Under the pieces are notes generated by a model. That model was not told where the DNA came from, made no database searches, and saw only the letters and a program-made list of their open reading frames with translations. Both the position numbers and the translations under genes were made by a program. Shown here piece by piece: positions 40,543-53,548 of a stretch of DNA of 64,000 bases. The stretch comes from Laetmonice hystrix (lineage: Eukaryota), in assembly GCA_965235115.1 (NCBI GenBank), contig OZ249444.1, forward strand, positions 10,354,001-10,418,000, given 5' to 3'. Numbering within the stretch: the stretch's first letter is position 1; each line of letters opens with the position of its first letter.

Positions 40543-43047
40543 ATCACCTGATTTTCACGCATTCAGCGACAGGTCTCATCAGTAATTATGACAATTACTT
40601 CCTTCTTTTCATAAGTCAGATTTAGTTCTAACGAAGAGAACTTATATTATTTCCCTGTTATTGTTAACCACGCAAGAGGTTTAAATCTTTAAACCAATTG
40701 CCATCAGTAATAGAAGTTTACATATAACACTAAACGAAAAGCATCCTCAGATGATAATGAATACCGAAGACGACCTGTAATAAAATTTCCAAAAGTTACT
40801 AAAGATAAAGAAAGACGAGACGTTAAGTGAGGTGTGTATATTATCAATTTGATGGTCCAGTGATTTCCAATTTAATGGTGGTATCTTAATGAAAACAGAC
40901 TACTTGACTGCCACATTTCCATGCAAAATTAATCTTTGCCAGTCACAGTTACGTAATGCAATCACTGTGCAACTGATTAACTGATTGTCTTATTGATGGC
41001 CCTATAATGGAACCAATTAAGGAAAACAGCTCAAAGTCTTCAAATTTTAAAACAACTTCTCTTTATCGTGTAGCTGCGACGATACTGTGGACTTTTGTTT
41101 GCTTCCTATAGATGCCAGTACACTAAATCCTGTAAGGTACCGGTACGATTGAAGATAGCACTTCACTGAAGCGGGATATTTTCATAGAAAAGGATCCATA
41201 TCAGACCATGACAATAACCGAATTAATTTGGATCTTGACCAAAACACCCGCCATAAATATGCATCAATTCCACATGAAAGTAATGAATTTATTTAACCCC
41301 TTGCCTGGGAGAGTGTCCCTGAAAGGTACAATTACGGAGTGGAGTATTAACATTCTGACTTTACTCTCACTGAGGGCGTCAATCCTGGGCGGGTCGGGGG
41401 GCGAGTGGGTGGGTGTGGACCCTGCCAACTGTCACCCAGGCATTCACACACACACATTCATGGAATCAATGACACACACATCTCCCCTGGGGAAATCTCC
41501 GTCTGCATGCACCAATCTCATAATTAATCCACCTTACTTTCTGGCCTGAAACTAAAGAGATTCTGTTTAACATTACATTTATTCCTTAGCTGAGATGGAA
41601 AGAACGGGGGGCATGTTTCGCTATAAGACCTCAATATCGACCAAAGCAAGTATGGCTATGGGGCCTGATGACAGTCTAATATCATATTGCCCATCAATTA
41701 AGTCCAAAGCTAGAGAAGCTGCAATCTTAGCCATAAAACCAAACTGAAGACTATTTCTCACCCATGTAACACTACGCGGATCAATGCCATGGAGATAGCT
41801 GTGGGATAGAAGCTGCTGCAATCGCTAATTGCATGCAATCTCATCCGCGTGGGGAGACGACGGGCCCCTGACACTTCCCTAACGTCGGAGTTGATGTGGA
41901 GATCCAAGAATGTTGTCACAAGCTAGTGCATTCAAACCGACGTATTCTCTCTCTCTCCCCCAGTCAATTAGCACTTACCCCTACAAGTACCCTGCACTCG
42001 GGTAAATACCCCCACCTAACGCTTCATTCATCATCAATTTCCTTTCCAAACGACGGTTTCAAGTGAATCCTCCCCGGCCAAGCGGACAGCGCCCATAGAA
42101 TGGTGAGCGCCGCTACCGGAATGCCTGGAGCTGCCTGATATCCATGGCAACACTGTAGGCCGAGTCGTTCACGTTCCTTAGTGTCCTAGCTATCTTAACG
42201 TGGTGCTCATACGAGATACTTCACGTCCTAAAAAAACATCTCTATTAATGATCAGTTTTATTGTCTATCTGCTGGTCTATCCTTCATCTACTCGCTGCTT
42301 GATACCAGGTGCTCCAAGCTGTAGGTGGCTAAGCTGATCACTCAGGCACATTCAAACCCGATCTAATTTTATCATGCATTTTAGGTGGCTAAAAAGGCGG
42401 CAAAGACGTGACTGCAATACGATCATGTATATAATTCGCGAAATTTAAAAATATGGCGGGATCCCCAAAAGTTTTCACATTCAATTTTCTTTTGTGACTT
42501 TTAACGTTATTCGTTGTGATAATTTTTAACTACTCGTTCCCAAGATAAATTTGAATTTCCTAATCTACATGAAATTACCAATCATTCTCTTCTTTCTATT
42601 ATCTAAAGATAGTGATGTTTCCGGCAAACAGAATTAGCCAACTCCCACTTGTCAGATTTATTCTCTTTGTAACTTCGATGTGACTACAAACTTTATGACT
42701 ATTTGGGTGTAGCATTTGATTTTACGGCGAATCAACAATAAGTCTTGTAGAAAGGTTTCAAATTACACGATCAGTGACAGTGCTAATGTCGTTACTCTAG
42801 ATTTCTGACCTACATTTAAGGGTTCTATGTGCCTATTAGAGCCTACGAGAAGTAATTAATCTCCTGTTCTCCTAATTACCTCAATTATCATAAATTAGCC
42901 ATGATGCAATTGCAACAAAGGCTGCCACGGAGCTGATGTTAAAATATCAACATTTACATCCTTTCACTTTTAAAGATACAATACTGAAATGCGATTACAT
43001 CTTTCATTGGAAATTTATGGTGAAATGATTAACTAAATAATAATAAT

Positions 43048-44020
43048 AACTAGGCAACACCAGGTCCCGTTTCCTATTTAAGGTAGGCTTACAGGACATT
43101 GATCAATTTGACCTGTCACTCCAGGGAAATAAAAATGGCGGCACATAGAAGGCCATATATGACTTCCTGTCCATGATTAATAGTAATTATGGGTCTATCT
43201 TGCACGGTTTCCAAGATAAAGAGCTCTGAATACTGCAGGACATTGATTTGACCTTTCAAGGTCACTCCAGGGAAATAAAATGGCGGGACATAGAAGGCCA
43301 TATACGACTTCCTATCTATGATTAATGGAAACTATGGTTCTATCTTGCACGGTTTCCTTGACACAGAGCTCTGAATATTGCAGGGCATTGATTTGACCTT
43401 TCAAGGTCACTCCAGGGGGAAAAAAATGGTGGCACATGAAAGACCATCTATGACTTTCTATTAGAGTTCAATAGTAACTACGGCCCTATCTCTCACCGTT
43501 TTCAAATTACAGGCACTTTTATGCAAACGGATCAAGTTGATAAATTCATGGTCACGTGACTCACTTAATATAGGTCAAATCGAAACAACGCTAGCGAACC
43601 TTAGTTAATCTGTCCATAGAGAACCTTCTTGTCAAATATGGACAAGTTTCCATTAAAATTAAGGGAGGAGTAGTGATTTAAGCAATTATGCCCTCTGACC
43701 TAGATCTCAGGAATGTCAAAGGTCAGAGGTCAAACTGATGAAAAAAATTATTGACGCCTAAGAGCCAAGTTCTCTGGTATGAATGGATTTTCTTTAGCTG
43801 CTCCTGGCCCTCGACAATGAGACACCATTCTTACCCTTAAAAACCCTTAGGTCACATGACATCGTCCTTGGAGATTTGAGGTCCTTAGACCATGGTCAGC
43901 ATATGGCCTAAGTTTCATTAAGATATCTCCAATAGCAACTGATATATTTACCTTGTCTAACTAAAGTGTTGACAAACGCATACAAAAACAATATCCCATT
44001 CCCCCCAGGAAACGGGATAA
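43048..44020. mobile_element. Helentron-associated interspersed element (HINE / DINE-1 / Pearl-like), about 970 bp
   Basis: Begins AACTAG, with a subterminal IR GTCCCGTTTCCT (43065-43076) pairing with AGGAAACGGGAT (44008-44019). The latter also forms a terminal stem-loop with ATCCCATTCC (about 43993-44002). Three internal tandem units of about 145 bp start at 43092, 43236 and 43381. Both flanks are (AAT)n-like. This architecture is the established HINE hallmark. Confidence 0.7.
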
Positions 44021-47000
44021 TAATAACCGTGGCATCATTATCTACATAGTGGTATTTCAATCCATTAAAGTCTGCATGTATCCTGCCCTTGACGATACCA
44101 AGATTGCCTCCAAAAAAGGGGGGGGGGGGGGCGTGTGGACCGAGTTTTATCTTGGGTGCTGACTTTCAGCAGTCGTTGATAGAAGACGATCAGTTATCTC
44201 CACTGAGATACGGAATCATACAAAGAATTCAATGACATACGTTTATAAATACTGTTTAATATACGGAGCACACTCCGTACAGGTAGGAAAGATCCACTGC
44301 AGGTCATAGTTTGAGGTCCCTACACCTTGGGCATGAACACTACCAAATGTACACCGCCTTCTGACAATGGTCATACAATGTTCGTGTGGTGAAGGATCAC
44401 AATACGATCCACCTGGCCTTTTATACACACTGACACAAACAAAAGGTCGGCATGACAAGCAGGGCCCCGGGGACTTCCGTCCTATCAATATTTCTAAAGG
44501 CCCAGCCGACCATTGAGGTGTAGACGTACACTATTCAACAAATTTCAGGCTTTATCTTTACATTCTTTGTAGATGCTTTCACACTAAACACGGCGTATGA
44601 CAAATATGTAGTGGCAAATGTACGAAATCATACTTTCTTTCACACATCCCATATCCCCCTCCCGCCACACACATACATTCTATACAGAAAAATTTAGGTT
44701 CGAAAAGAATGAGACGAAACTTTCACAGAAATCTCGTCTGATGACCGCTACTCATTTTATTGTAGGTCCGTAGCAGTCTACAATGTGGAACCGTTTTTAT
44801 ATACTGTGGACAGTGGTCTACAACCTGGAATATTATCGGTATACAATAAATATAGGTGTATGTAGTCACACTTATCTAATCAATATTTTAGGCTTTTAAC
44901 TCTAATACTAGAAGTTAAAACTGTCCAGGGCGTCTTACTAGGCCAGTGCCTTGAGAGAGTTTGACTGTTTTTTATCAGATTGATACAGACATATAGACAA
45001 AACACCAGGCATCTTATCTTCGGGGCTACGACACGTAAACCTAAACAGAAAGTGGTGAATTAAGTCCAACACGTCGACAGTGGACGTCAGAATATGGCTC
45101 TGTCCATAAAATCTGCAGGTTCAGGTCCAAGTACCTGGGAGAGGAACCGCCTATAGCCAGAATACGGCGTGCAGACCGACCGCAGACATAGGTTAGATAT
45201 CCCACTACTTGGTCATACTTGCACGTATACTCAGTGAGTTGTTTACCTTACCAAGGAGCCGCCCGCCTACAAAGTCTCATATCTGATCGATCCAGACAAA
45301 ATTACATAGACCATCCCGGCATGCATCACTGAGATTAGCCAAGATGAGGCTCTTAACTCGCGGTCAAACTTAAATGGTTTTTGGCGTATTTTTCCTCTTG
45401 TGAATATTATGGAGGCAAGCATAAAGCCTGGTCCCAGACTAATGTTTACTGTAGGGGTCACTGGTGTAGACGTAGGATAGGTTCAGAGGAAGACACCAGA
45501 TAAAAGGCAGATCCCCCGCTTCTGATGTAGCAATGCTAGACGCTGCCAGGCTTTTTCTACTGGTGGCCCTTGGTTCGAGCCCCGAAACCACAGGCTTCTA
45601 GGAAGTTCCCCGCACGATCCATCAGGCTTACTCTTCAAAGTCCTTCTACAGAGATTCTCTCAAAAAATCTAATGCCATCTTAACAAGGCTGGGAATCTTC
45701 CCGGCCCGATTTAATCATGAAAGGTTTCACTCACTAGCTATCTTCACGGAATTGTATTTTGGCGGTAGAGTAGTCCAAGATAGACTCATCCTTGATTAGA
45801 TCAGTTCAGACAGAACTCAACATCCCGGTCCTAACCCCTTCAGTTTTTACGAGGAGGGCTTGGGGATGGGGGATGTCAGGGGTTTTTTCTGACAAGGTCT
45901 AAAACCTGGTTGTCAGAATTATCCAAAGCATCATTTCCGCGAAAAACCATCAAGTACAGCATCGGTTAACGCTTCCATCAGCTTCTCCTAAAGTCCAGGA
46001 AACACTGCAAAAAATTAGGCCTATGAAATGACGTATATAATTTAGTAACTCCATCTAGATTGTTGCTCTTAATATCAGGTTCTAGTATTATGTTGTCTTA
46101 CATTTAAACAGGCACTTCACACAGGGAAAGGCGTTTAGATATTATACTTACATTACATCAAGAAAAAGCATAGGAAATATTATATTTCTCCCATTACAAT
46201 GACGATAACAGTTTTTATGGATATTCGTTTCCTGAGTTGCTGTTATTCTGAAGGACACCGACGAATAAAACGTTGGCACAAGAGTAGGCGGCTTCATTTT
46301 TTGTCATATGTAAATATTATTTCATACGAGACCTTCATGTTTCCACGTCTATCCAAAACTCACTTATCAATTCTGCCAGACGCAAACTGCAGCCATTTTG
46401 TGTGTTTTTGCAACAAATACAGAAATTACCCGTGATGGTGGCAAATATTAGTTCAGCTCAATTGTGTAGGCATGCCAGTGTTTATCGGGACGGCTGGGGG
46501 CCTGAACGGAACCTATTACCTGCCGTACAAAGGAGTTATGTTTTATTCCTCACACCCGCACCCCTAGACGTGATACTCTTTACATGACAGCTAATATCCA
46601 GCTCACCCTCCTCCCACCTTCTCCTCCCAAACGGTTCTGTTACTGGGACAGGGTAACATATACCGCCACCAGATGGCGTGTTTTCACGGACCTCCAGTCA
46701 TGGTTACCAGTGACGTCACAATCTGTAGATCCTCACAGCCGCATGGCTACTGTCCCTGTATTTCCTTAAGAACCTGGCCTGACGACTACAGAATCGGCCG
46801 GAGTATATATTGAATATTAACTTTAAAAAAACTGACTTATTCAATAGTATTCTCACACACCGACGTATCCACAAGTAAATAGGCTTCCTCTACCCCTATG
46901 ATAACCTCTGAACATTCACCCCACCGTTCCCTGCAAACTCGCTTAATAAGATGGCCCCAGGAAGAAAGAATTGGATAATTTATTGAAGAGTCATTTAAGT

Positions 47001-49938
47001 TTAACCCTGGGGATATTTATGATAGTCAGGAACAACCTCAGGTAACTACGTTTCTTTCACTGATCACAGTCCTGATATCTGGCTCCTGATTTGATATCAT
47101 TCCCGCACAAAAGTCCTGCATGTTTAAAAAAAAATAAGCCCTTTGAGGTTTTAGAATATTTGACAGTGGAACGTCTCTACCAGTACCACGCTAACTACTA
47201 TGTCACTTACGTGACTAAAAACCGTGTGAGACATGTAAATCAACTTGAGATTCACAAAATAGTTGTACTTGACCTTGAAGTCTTTTCAAGGGGAAACCAG
47301 ACCGAACAGTAGAAAAAACACTTCAAGGGCAAAGCGGGCAATCCAACTGAACTGAGAAGACCGGTACCATCTCTGTAAAACCGACTAGTTGTGTACATCA
47401 TGGGCAATCGACGTTTTTGCTGAATAGAACGGAATGAGGCCCGACCAATCAGTGGCCGTGGTAGTCTTTGCTGCTGACCGTTTTTTCTCGCCGGTCTATT
47501 TGGCCGACACCCACTCGTGGTCCACGTGAGCACACACTGGCCTGTATCATCTCCAGCCGACGTAATAAGGCAGACGAAGTCCTGCCCAATCTCCACCCGC
47601 CCAATTTCGCAGCAGTTTAAGCGTTATTCATCTAATATTTGTCGTGTAATTTAGCTGAGTCATTTCGGCTCTTGACTGGACATCCACGCCAGCGGCCTCT
47701 ATAGCTGTAGGCCAGTGGGGCAAAGACTGTGTTAAAAAGATCACAATGATACATAATTGTTCTGAACAAAACAAAAAATCCTAAAGTATAGCTAAATATA
47801 CTAGAAAGCATATAATTTGTTTATACACAAATACCACTCTTTCTGGTTCTGAGAAAATGTCCGTTGTTGCATTGGGGGAACTCCCAGCTATTTGTTTCAC
47901 ATTATAATACACTTTTTCCCTTTTATAGCCGGTAATCATGACGTAGATTTCTCGATTTCTCACAATTATATCTTCCTGCTATAGAAGCATATTCGTATTG
48001 CAAACATACATGTATGTCATCTCAACTGTATACACCGTCACCACAGATTGGCTATAGGACTTTTCCAAAACTGCATAGATTTCCTCATATGGCAGGCCTG
48101 ATCATGTACGTTCAAATAACCAATCTGACTTTAAAAGTCCCCCTCGCCATTCTGACGTAGTATTTCTAACAAACCCACCGGGATCTTGAGTAAATCACGT
48201 GATGATGCTGATAGTAAACGATGATCTCAATTACACAATACAAACAATGATTGAGACCGAGGTTAATTTGTTTGTTTCTCAGTCTCTCTCCTGTCGCCAT
48301 CCGCCTGATTATTTGTCAGTGTGCCCCACATGGTCTTCCATCTGTTTCTATGTACTCCACTATAAATGTTTTCATGTCCTGTTCCCGCCATATTAAGTCA
48401 TTCTCACTGATTACCTCCGGCTTTGTTTTTGCCTGTAATTTGCCTGTATACAGGCCAACAATACACAATAATTGCTGACACAAAGTTCTGACAGAAATTG
48501 CTACAATTTACAATTGAAATGTATACAAGGCCGGAAGTGCTCCACGAACGTCCGATCCTTTACGTTTTATCAAAACGGTGAAGTTTACCTTCAAGAGAAT
48601 TTAATAGAAACAGCTGGCGGGTACGCTGAAGGGAGCTAAACTGGGAGTTTCCCATCTTTACCCAACCAAATCAGCACCTGGTATAAAAATAAACAACCCC
48701 CTCCCCCTTCCCCACGTAGTGCCAAGAGAAAGGACCGTTGGGAAGTTAACTCAGGACAACAGAGAATGCCACCCGAGGAGGTAGACTTGGGAGCAGCTGT
48801 GGTGTATGCTTCAGGAAGACTTTCTGTTTGACTCGACTGGTGCCTTACTGCCTCCACTGTTCTCCCATCTGGTGGTGTTGTCGTATGGGGCGTGCTGGTC
48901 AGCAGGGGTAAATATTCCACCCTATGGGGGCAACCGGCTTCAATTACTACCAACCCCAGCATCCCTCTGGTCAGGACTCCTCATGGGGTCAAACAAAGGG
49001 GGGGGGGGGGGTGTGTAGGCGAACCGTCCTCGTCACAAACAAAATGACCCTGTGTAATTCCACGCAGACCGAAACTTGTCCAGTACCTGTACCTCAGCTT
49101 GTTTCAATACGGACCACGACTTGGCCGTCATTTCAAGAACTAGAGAAGCATTATCTGTCGGGAATTCTGTCTGTGTAAGCCATTTACGGGTTCAGCAGGT
49201 TACGTCAATGTACCCAACCTAATCTGGGAGGTTATTGCGAGTCAGTAGGGCGCTGCAGTAAACCCTCATTTTAAAGTTGACTTTTAATTATCTAAACAAG
49301 CATGCGCCTGCCGCTACTTATTTTCCTCCACAATAATGGCTATCTGAGGCAGAATCTAAGTGTGTGACAGAATGTACCAAGGCAAGCAGCGCACAATGTA
49401 GACTTAGAATGCATGCCGGAGAACACTCGAAAGTCATTTCCAGATTTAATTTCACAAACCCAATGGTTAAAAAAACACTCCGCTGATTTAATTTCCCAAA
49501 ATTCAATTATGGCCCTTGTCAGTGCAGATTTGAACAACTCCAACATGGGATGAATTCTAATCACGAGTTGTATTGGAGAACAGCCTGGATTCCAGTGCTG
49601 GTCCCCAGGGGCATGGTGTGGGAAGAATGAGATGTTTTTATCAACAACCAGCTGAACTTTGACCTCCAAGGCAGCCTCAGCCTTTAATCCTTCTATCAAC
49701 TTTCTCAAGAGCACGCTCCTTGTTCCACGATAACATTTTCAGTGCCTGGTAAACCAGACTGTCGCAAATTGAATTTATGAAAAAAGAAAGTAAAAAACAT
49801 AATAAAGGTCCCTCTGAACACTGATCAAACTGACAGGTGAATATTGCGTGGTCGTGGGGCTGAGCTTTAATATACAGAAAACAATCTGTCCGTTATACGG
49901 GAGTACACCTTCAAGCTTTTCTCAGTGGGTATCAAATT

Positions 49939-50979
49939 GTAACACCAAGTGTACCAGGCGGACTCAGTAACTCTCCAAGAATCAACCACTTGGTACCACA
50001 GATGTACCAACCCTCCAGTACAAGTAACACCAAGTGTACCAGACGGACTCAGTAACTCTCCAAGAATCAACCACTTGGTACCACAGATGTACCAACCCTC
50101 CAGTACAAGTAACACCAAGTGTACCAGACGGACTCAGTAACTCTCCAAGAATCAACCACTTGGTACCACAGATGTACCAACCCTCCAGTACAAGTAACAC
50201 CAAGTGTACCAGACGGACTCAGTAACTCTTCAAGAATCAACCACTTGGTACCACAGACGTACCAACCCTCCAGTACAAGTAACACCAAGCGTACCAGGCG
50301 GACTCAGTAACTCTCCAAGAATCAACCACTTGGTACCACAGACGTACCAACCCTCCAGTACAAGTAACACCAAGTGTACCAGACAGACTCAGTAACTCTC
50401 CAAGAATCAACCACTTGGTACCACAGACGTACCAACCCTCCAGTACAAGTAACACCAAGTGTACCAGACGGACTCAGTAACTCTCCAAGAATCAACCACT
50501 TGGTACCACAGACGTACCAACCCTCCAGTACAAGTAACACCAAGTGTACCAGGCGGACTCAGTAACTCTCCAAGAATCAACCACTTGGTACCACAGACGT
50601 ACCAACCCTCCAGTACAAGTAACACCAAGTGTACCAGACGGACTCAGTAACTCTCCAAGAATCAACCACTTGGTACCACAGACGTACCAACCCTCCAGTA
50701 CAAGTAACACCAAGTGTACCAGACGGACTCAGTAACTCTCCAAGAATCAACCACTTGGTACCACAGACGTACCAACCCTCCAGTACAAGTAACACCAAGT
50801 GTACCAGACGGACTCAGTAACTCTTCAAGAATCAACCACTTGGTACCACAGATGTACCAACCCTCCAGTACAAGTAACACAAAGTGTACCAGACGGACTC
50901 AGTAACTCTCCAAGAATCAACCACTTGGTACCACAGACGTACCAACCCTCCAGTACAAGTAACACCAAGTGTACCAGAC
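49939..50979. repeat. 85-bp minisatellite, about 12 copies
   Basis: Unit GTAACACCAAGTGTACCAGACGGACTCAGTAACTCTCCAAGAATCAACCACTTGGTACCACAGATGTACCAACCCTCCAGTACAA; ORF-track entries recur at an 85-bp offset. Confidence 0.98.
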
Positions 50980-52672
50980 ATGAATTCTCCATCTCTCTGC
51001 ACTCCCTGCAGAGTGCAGCATATACTCGGTGCTGCGCTTGTTTGGTGACGGTCTCAGACGTGGCTAAACTTGGTTCAAATATTGTTTAGAAATACGCTGA
51101 GAGAGTTGATAAAAGTCCGCTCCGACTGGTCACTGCCTTGTGTACGGTGAACCCGTCATCTCCCTCCTGCCACGGTCTGTTTTGAAATCGTACACATGCA
51201 CACATTGTACCGAATGGTGCCGTTTCAGAACTACCAGGCACAGTTTTCCGGTTTACCTTTTCATGAGTAAACACCAGGTCCATCCGCCACCAACCATCCT
51301 GACATGAATTGCAAATACGTTCTTACTTTGACACTCAGTCGCGTCATGGACAAAAAAACAAAACAAAAACAAACAAGAAACAAAAGTAAAAGAGGGAGAA
51401 AAAAGGAAGAACCCCCCACCCTCATCGGCCACTATGGACATTATTTGCCTAAACACGGACTTTTAATCTGTTGTTTATGAACAAATATAGTACCCCCCCC
51501 CCGCCCCTCCGAGAGTCAGTCATCATGGGATGCAAAACTTATGAATTACCAAATAAAGCGCATGCAATTGATCTAATATTTGGGTGTCAGACCAAGTAGA
51601 TAACTGCCGCTCACTACTGGGTACGGAAATAGATAGATGAGTTTCCTTGGTTTGTAGTTTTGTAGTTTTTGGTCACCTTATAAAAATAACCTGCTATGTG
51701 AACAGGTTTTGAAGCAGCTTTCCTTTAAACGTGCCATAAATACATTACTTAATACATAGTGTGAGAGGAACGGAAGTACCAACTGTGTTTTTAAGCGATA
51801 TAATCTACAAACAAATGTTTCCTTCTCAATAAAAACATCGAGATGAAAGCATGATGCAAAAGCTAAACTTTTCAAATGCTTCAGCGGATAGGGAAAAAAA
51901 CCTGATGTCGCTTTACTTTACTTCTAAACAGTTTATCCGGATATACCCGATGGTGCAATACATAGCCCTTAACCAAACATACCCTTAGCTAATGCACACT
52001 CTATAGGTAGCGGCAGGGAAGTGGGTCGATGCCCAAAGAAGGGACCCATTCAACAGTTCTGAGACACACTATAGATACGGCGTGGCCAGGTACAAATCTT
52101 TGTATCTGGCGTCAGACCCTGGGCGAAGTGTAAAGAGTAGATGCCGAGTTTCTTTTATATAAAGCTAATTCTACACCAAACATCACAATGATACAGAAAC
52201 GTGCTACAAGTGCCTAGATTGGGCGATTATTACAAGCACCGTTTTTAGCATGTACTTTACACATGAGTGCACCCTACTATTCCCATATCTAGAATTTCAG
52301 CCTCAACATCCGCGCATTTAACATCTTTCAAAGGCATCCAAAAATTCTTATGAAATGAATTGCTCTATATATTCTATACATCTAACAATGTCCTACTGGA
52401 TGAATTGCGCTGTGGCGGCTCGGTGCCGTAGACCAGACCCATGGGAACCTGGATTCATCTGGTTTCTCGACAGCCGGCACAGCTGAAGGTTTTTCACCAA
52501 TAAAAATGTGAGCACATATACCTGATAAGTAGACCTGAGGGACTCGGGTCTGCATTCAGAGCTGGGGTAAATGACTTACAACAACAGAAGGCTCAGCGCC
52601 AGACGGTGTGAGCTATGTTGGTAAACAAGGTATATGGTATAGCATCCAGGCCAAGGGGTTGCTCTACATGAT

Positions 52673-52804
52673 NNNNNNNNNNNNNNNNNNNNNNNNNNNN
52701 NNNNNNNNNNNNNNNNNNNNNNNNNNNNNNNNNNNNNNNNNNNNNNNNNNNNNNNNNNNNNNNNNNNNNNNNNNNNNNNNNNNNNNNNNNNNNNNNNNNN
52801 NNNN
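52673..52804. other. assembly gap (132 N)
   Basis: Run of N. Confidence 0.99.
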
Positions 52805-53245
52805 AAATGCTCAAAAGATAATTTAAGAAATTAAATCGGGCCACCATATTTCAAACAGACGTGGTGAATATCTTCTAAATATCGAGCCTTTTTAAACTGC
52901 AGCCATTCCTGCATGTTTGAATCGATCCCAGGGAACCCCAAACCTGATTCACGACCCCCCCCCCCCCCCGGGGGGCCGGGCGTGCGTACGTGTGTGCCCT
53001 TTGTTTCTTGTCCCCACCCCCGCCCCCACCCATCCTCCTGTAGTCTCTCCACGGGCTGCCAGCCCATTCTCTCCCCTCCATTTAGTGATCCATCAGCATC
53101 CGCTAGCGTCCATTCCTTGGATCATCGCAATCATTCGGCCATCCATCACCCACCTCTACACGATGGTAGTGACTGCAGCAGTGGCGGCGGCGGAGATCGC
53201 CATGGATTCAGCCGGCCAACATTCCAACCCGCTGACACCCTGAAC

Positions 53246-53548
53246 TCTGTACACCTTCTCATCCTAACCCCGTCATCTATCCCTCCCGTACCTGTCGCTG
53301 TAAGATCTGTACACCTTCTCATCCTAACCCCGTCATCTATCCCTCCCGTACCTGTCGCTGTAAGATCTGTACACCTTCTCATCCTAACCCCGTCATCTAT
53401 CCCTCCCGTACCTGTCGCTGTAAGATCTGTACACCTTCTCATCCTAACCCCGTCATCTATCCCTCCCGTACCTGTCGCTGTAAGATCTGTACACCTTCTC
53501 ATCCTAACCCCGTCATCTATCCCTCCCGTACCTGTCGCTGTAAGATCT
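53246..53548. repeat. 60-bp tandem repeat x5, identical copies
   Basis: Unit TCTGTACACCTTCTCATCCTAACCCCGTCATCTATCCCTCCCGTACCTGTCGCTGTAAGA; successive 60-nt lines of the sequence are identical. Confidence 0.98.

Noticed and set aside
44440-44500. GDFRPINI resembling the LINE reverse transcriptase NYRPISL motif
   Set aside because: Isolated 8-residue match followed by a stop, with no further RT motifs.
45520-45600. tRNA gene (GGTTCGAGCCC T-loop-like)
   Set aside because: No cloverleaf or A box; at most a SINE remnant.
49867-51089. Series of 63-73 aa ORFs on both strands
   Set aside because: These are copies of the 85-bp unit read in shifting frames; the same applies to the ORFs at 22431-23163, 38662-39915 and 58095-59203.
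52593-52847. ORFs spanning the N run
   Set aside because: Artefacts of translating the assembly gap.
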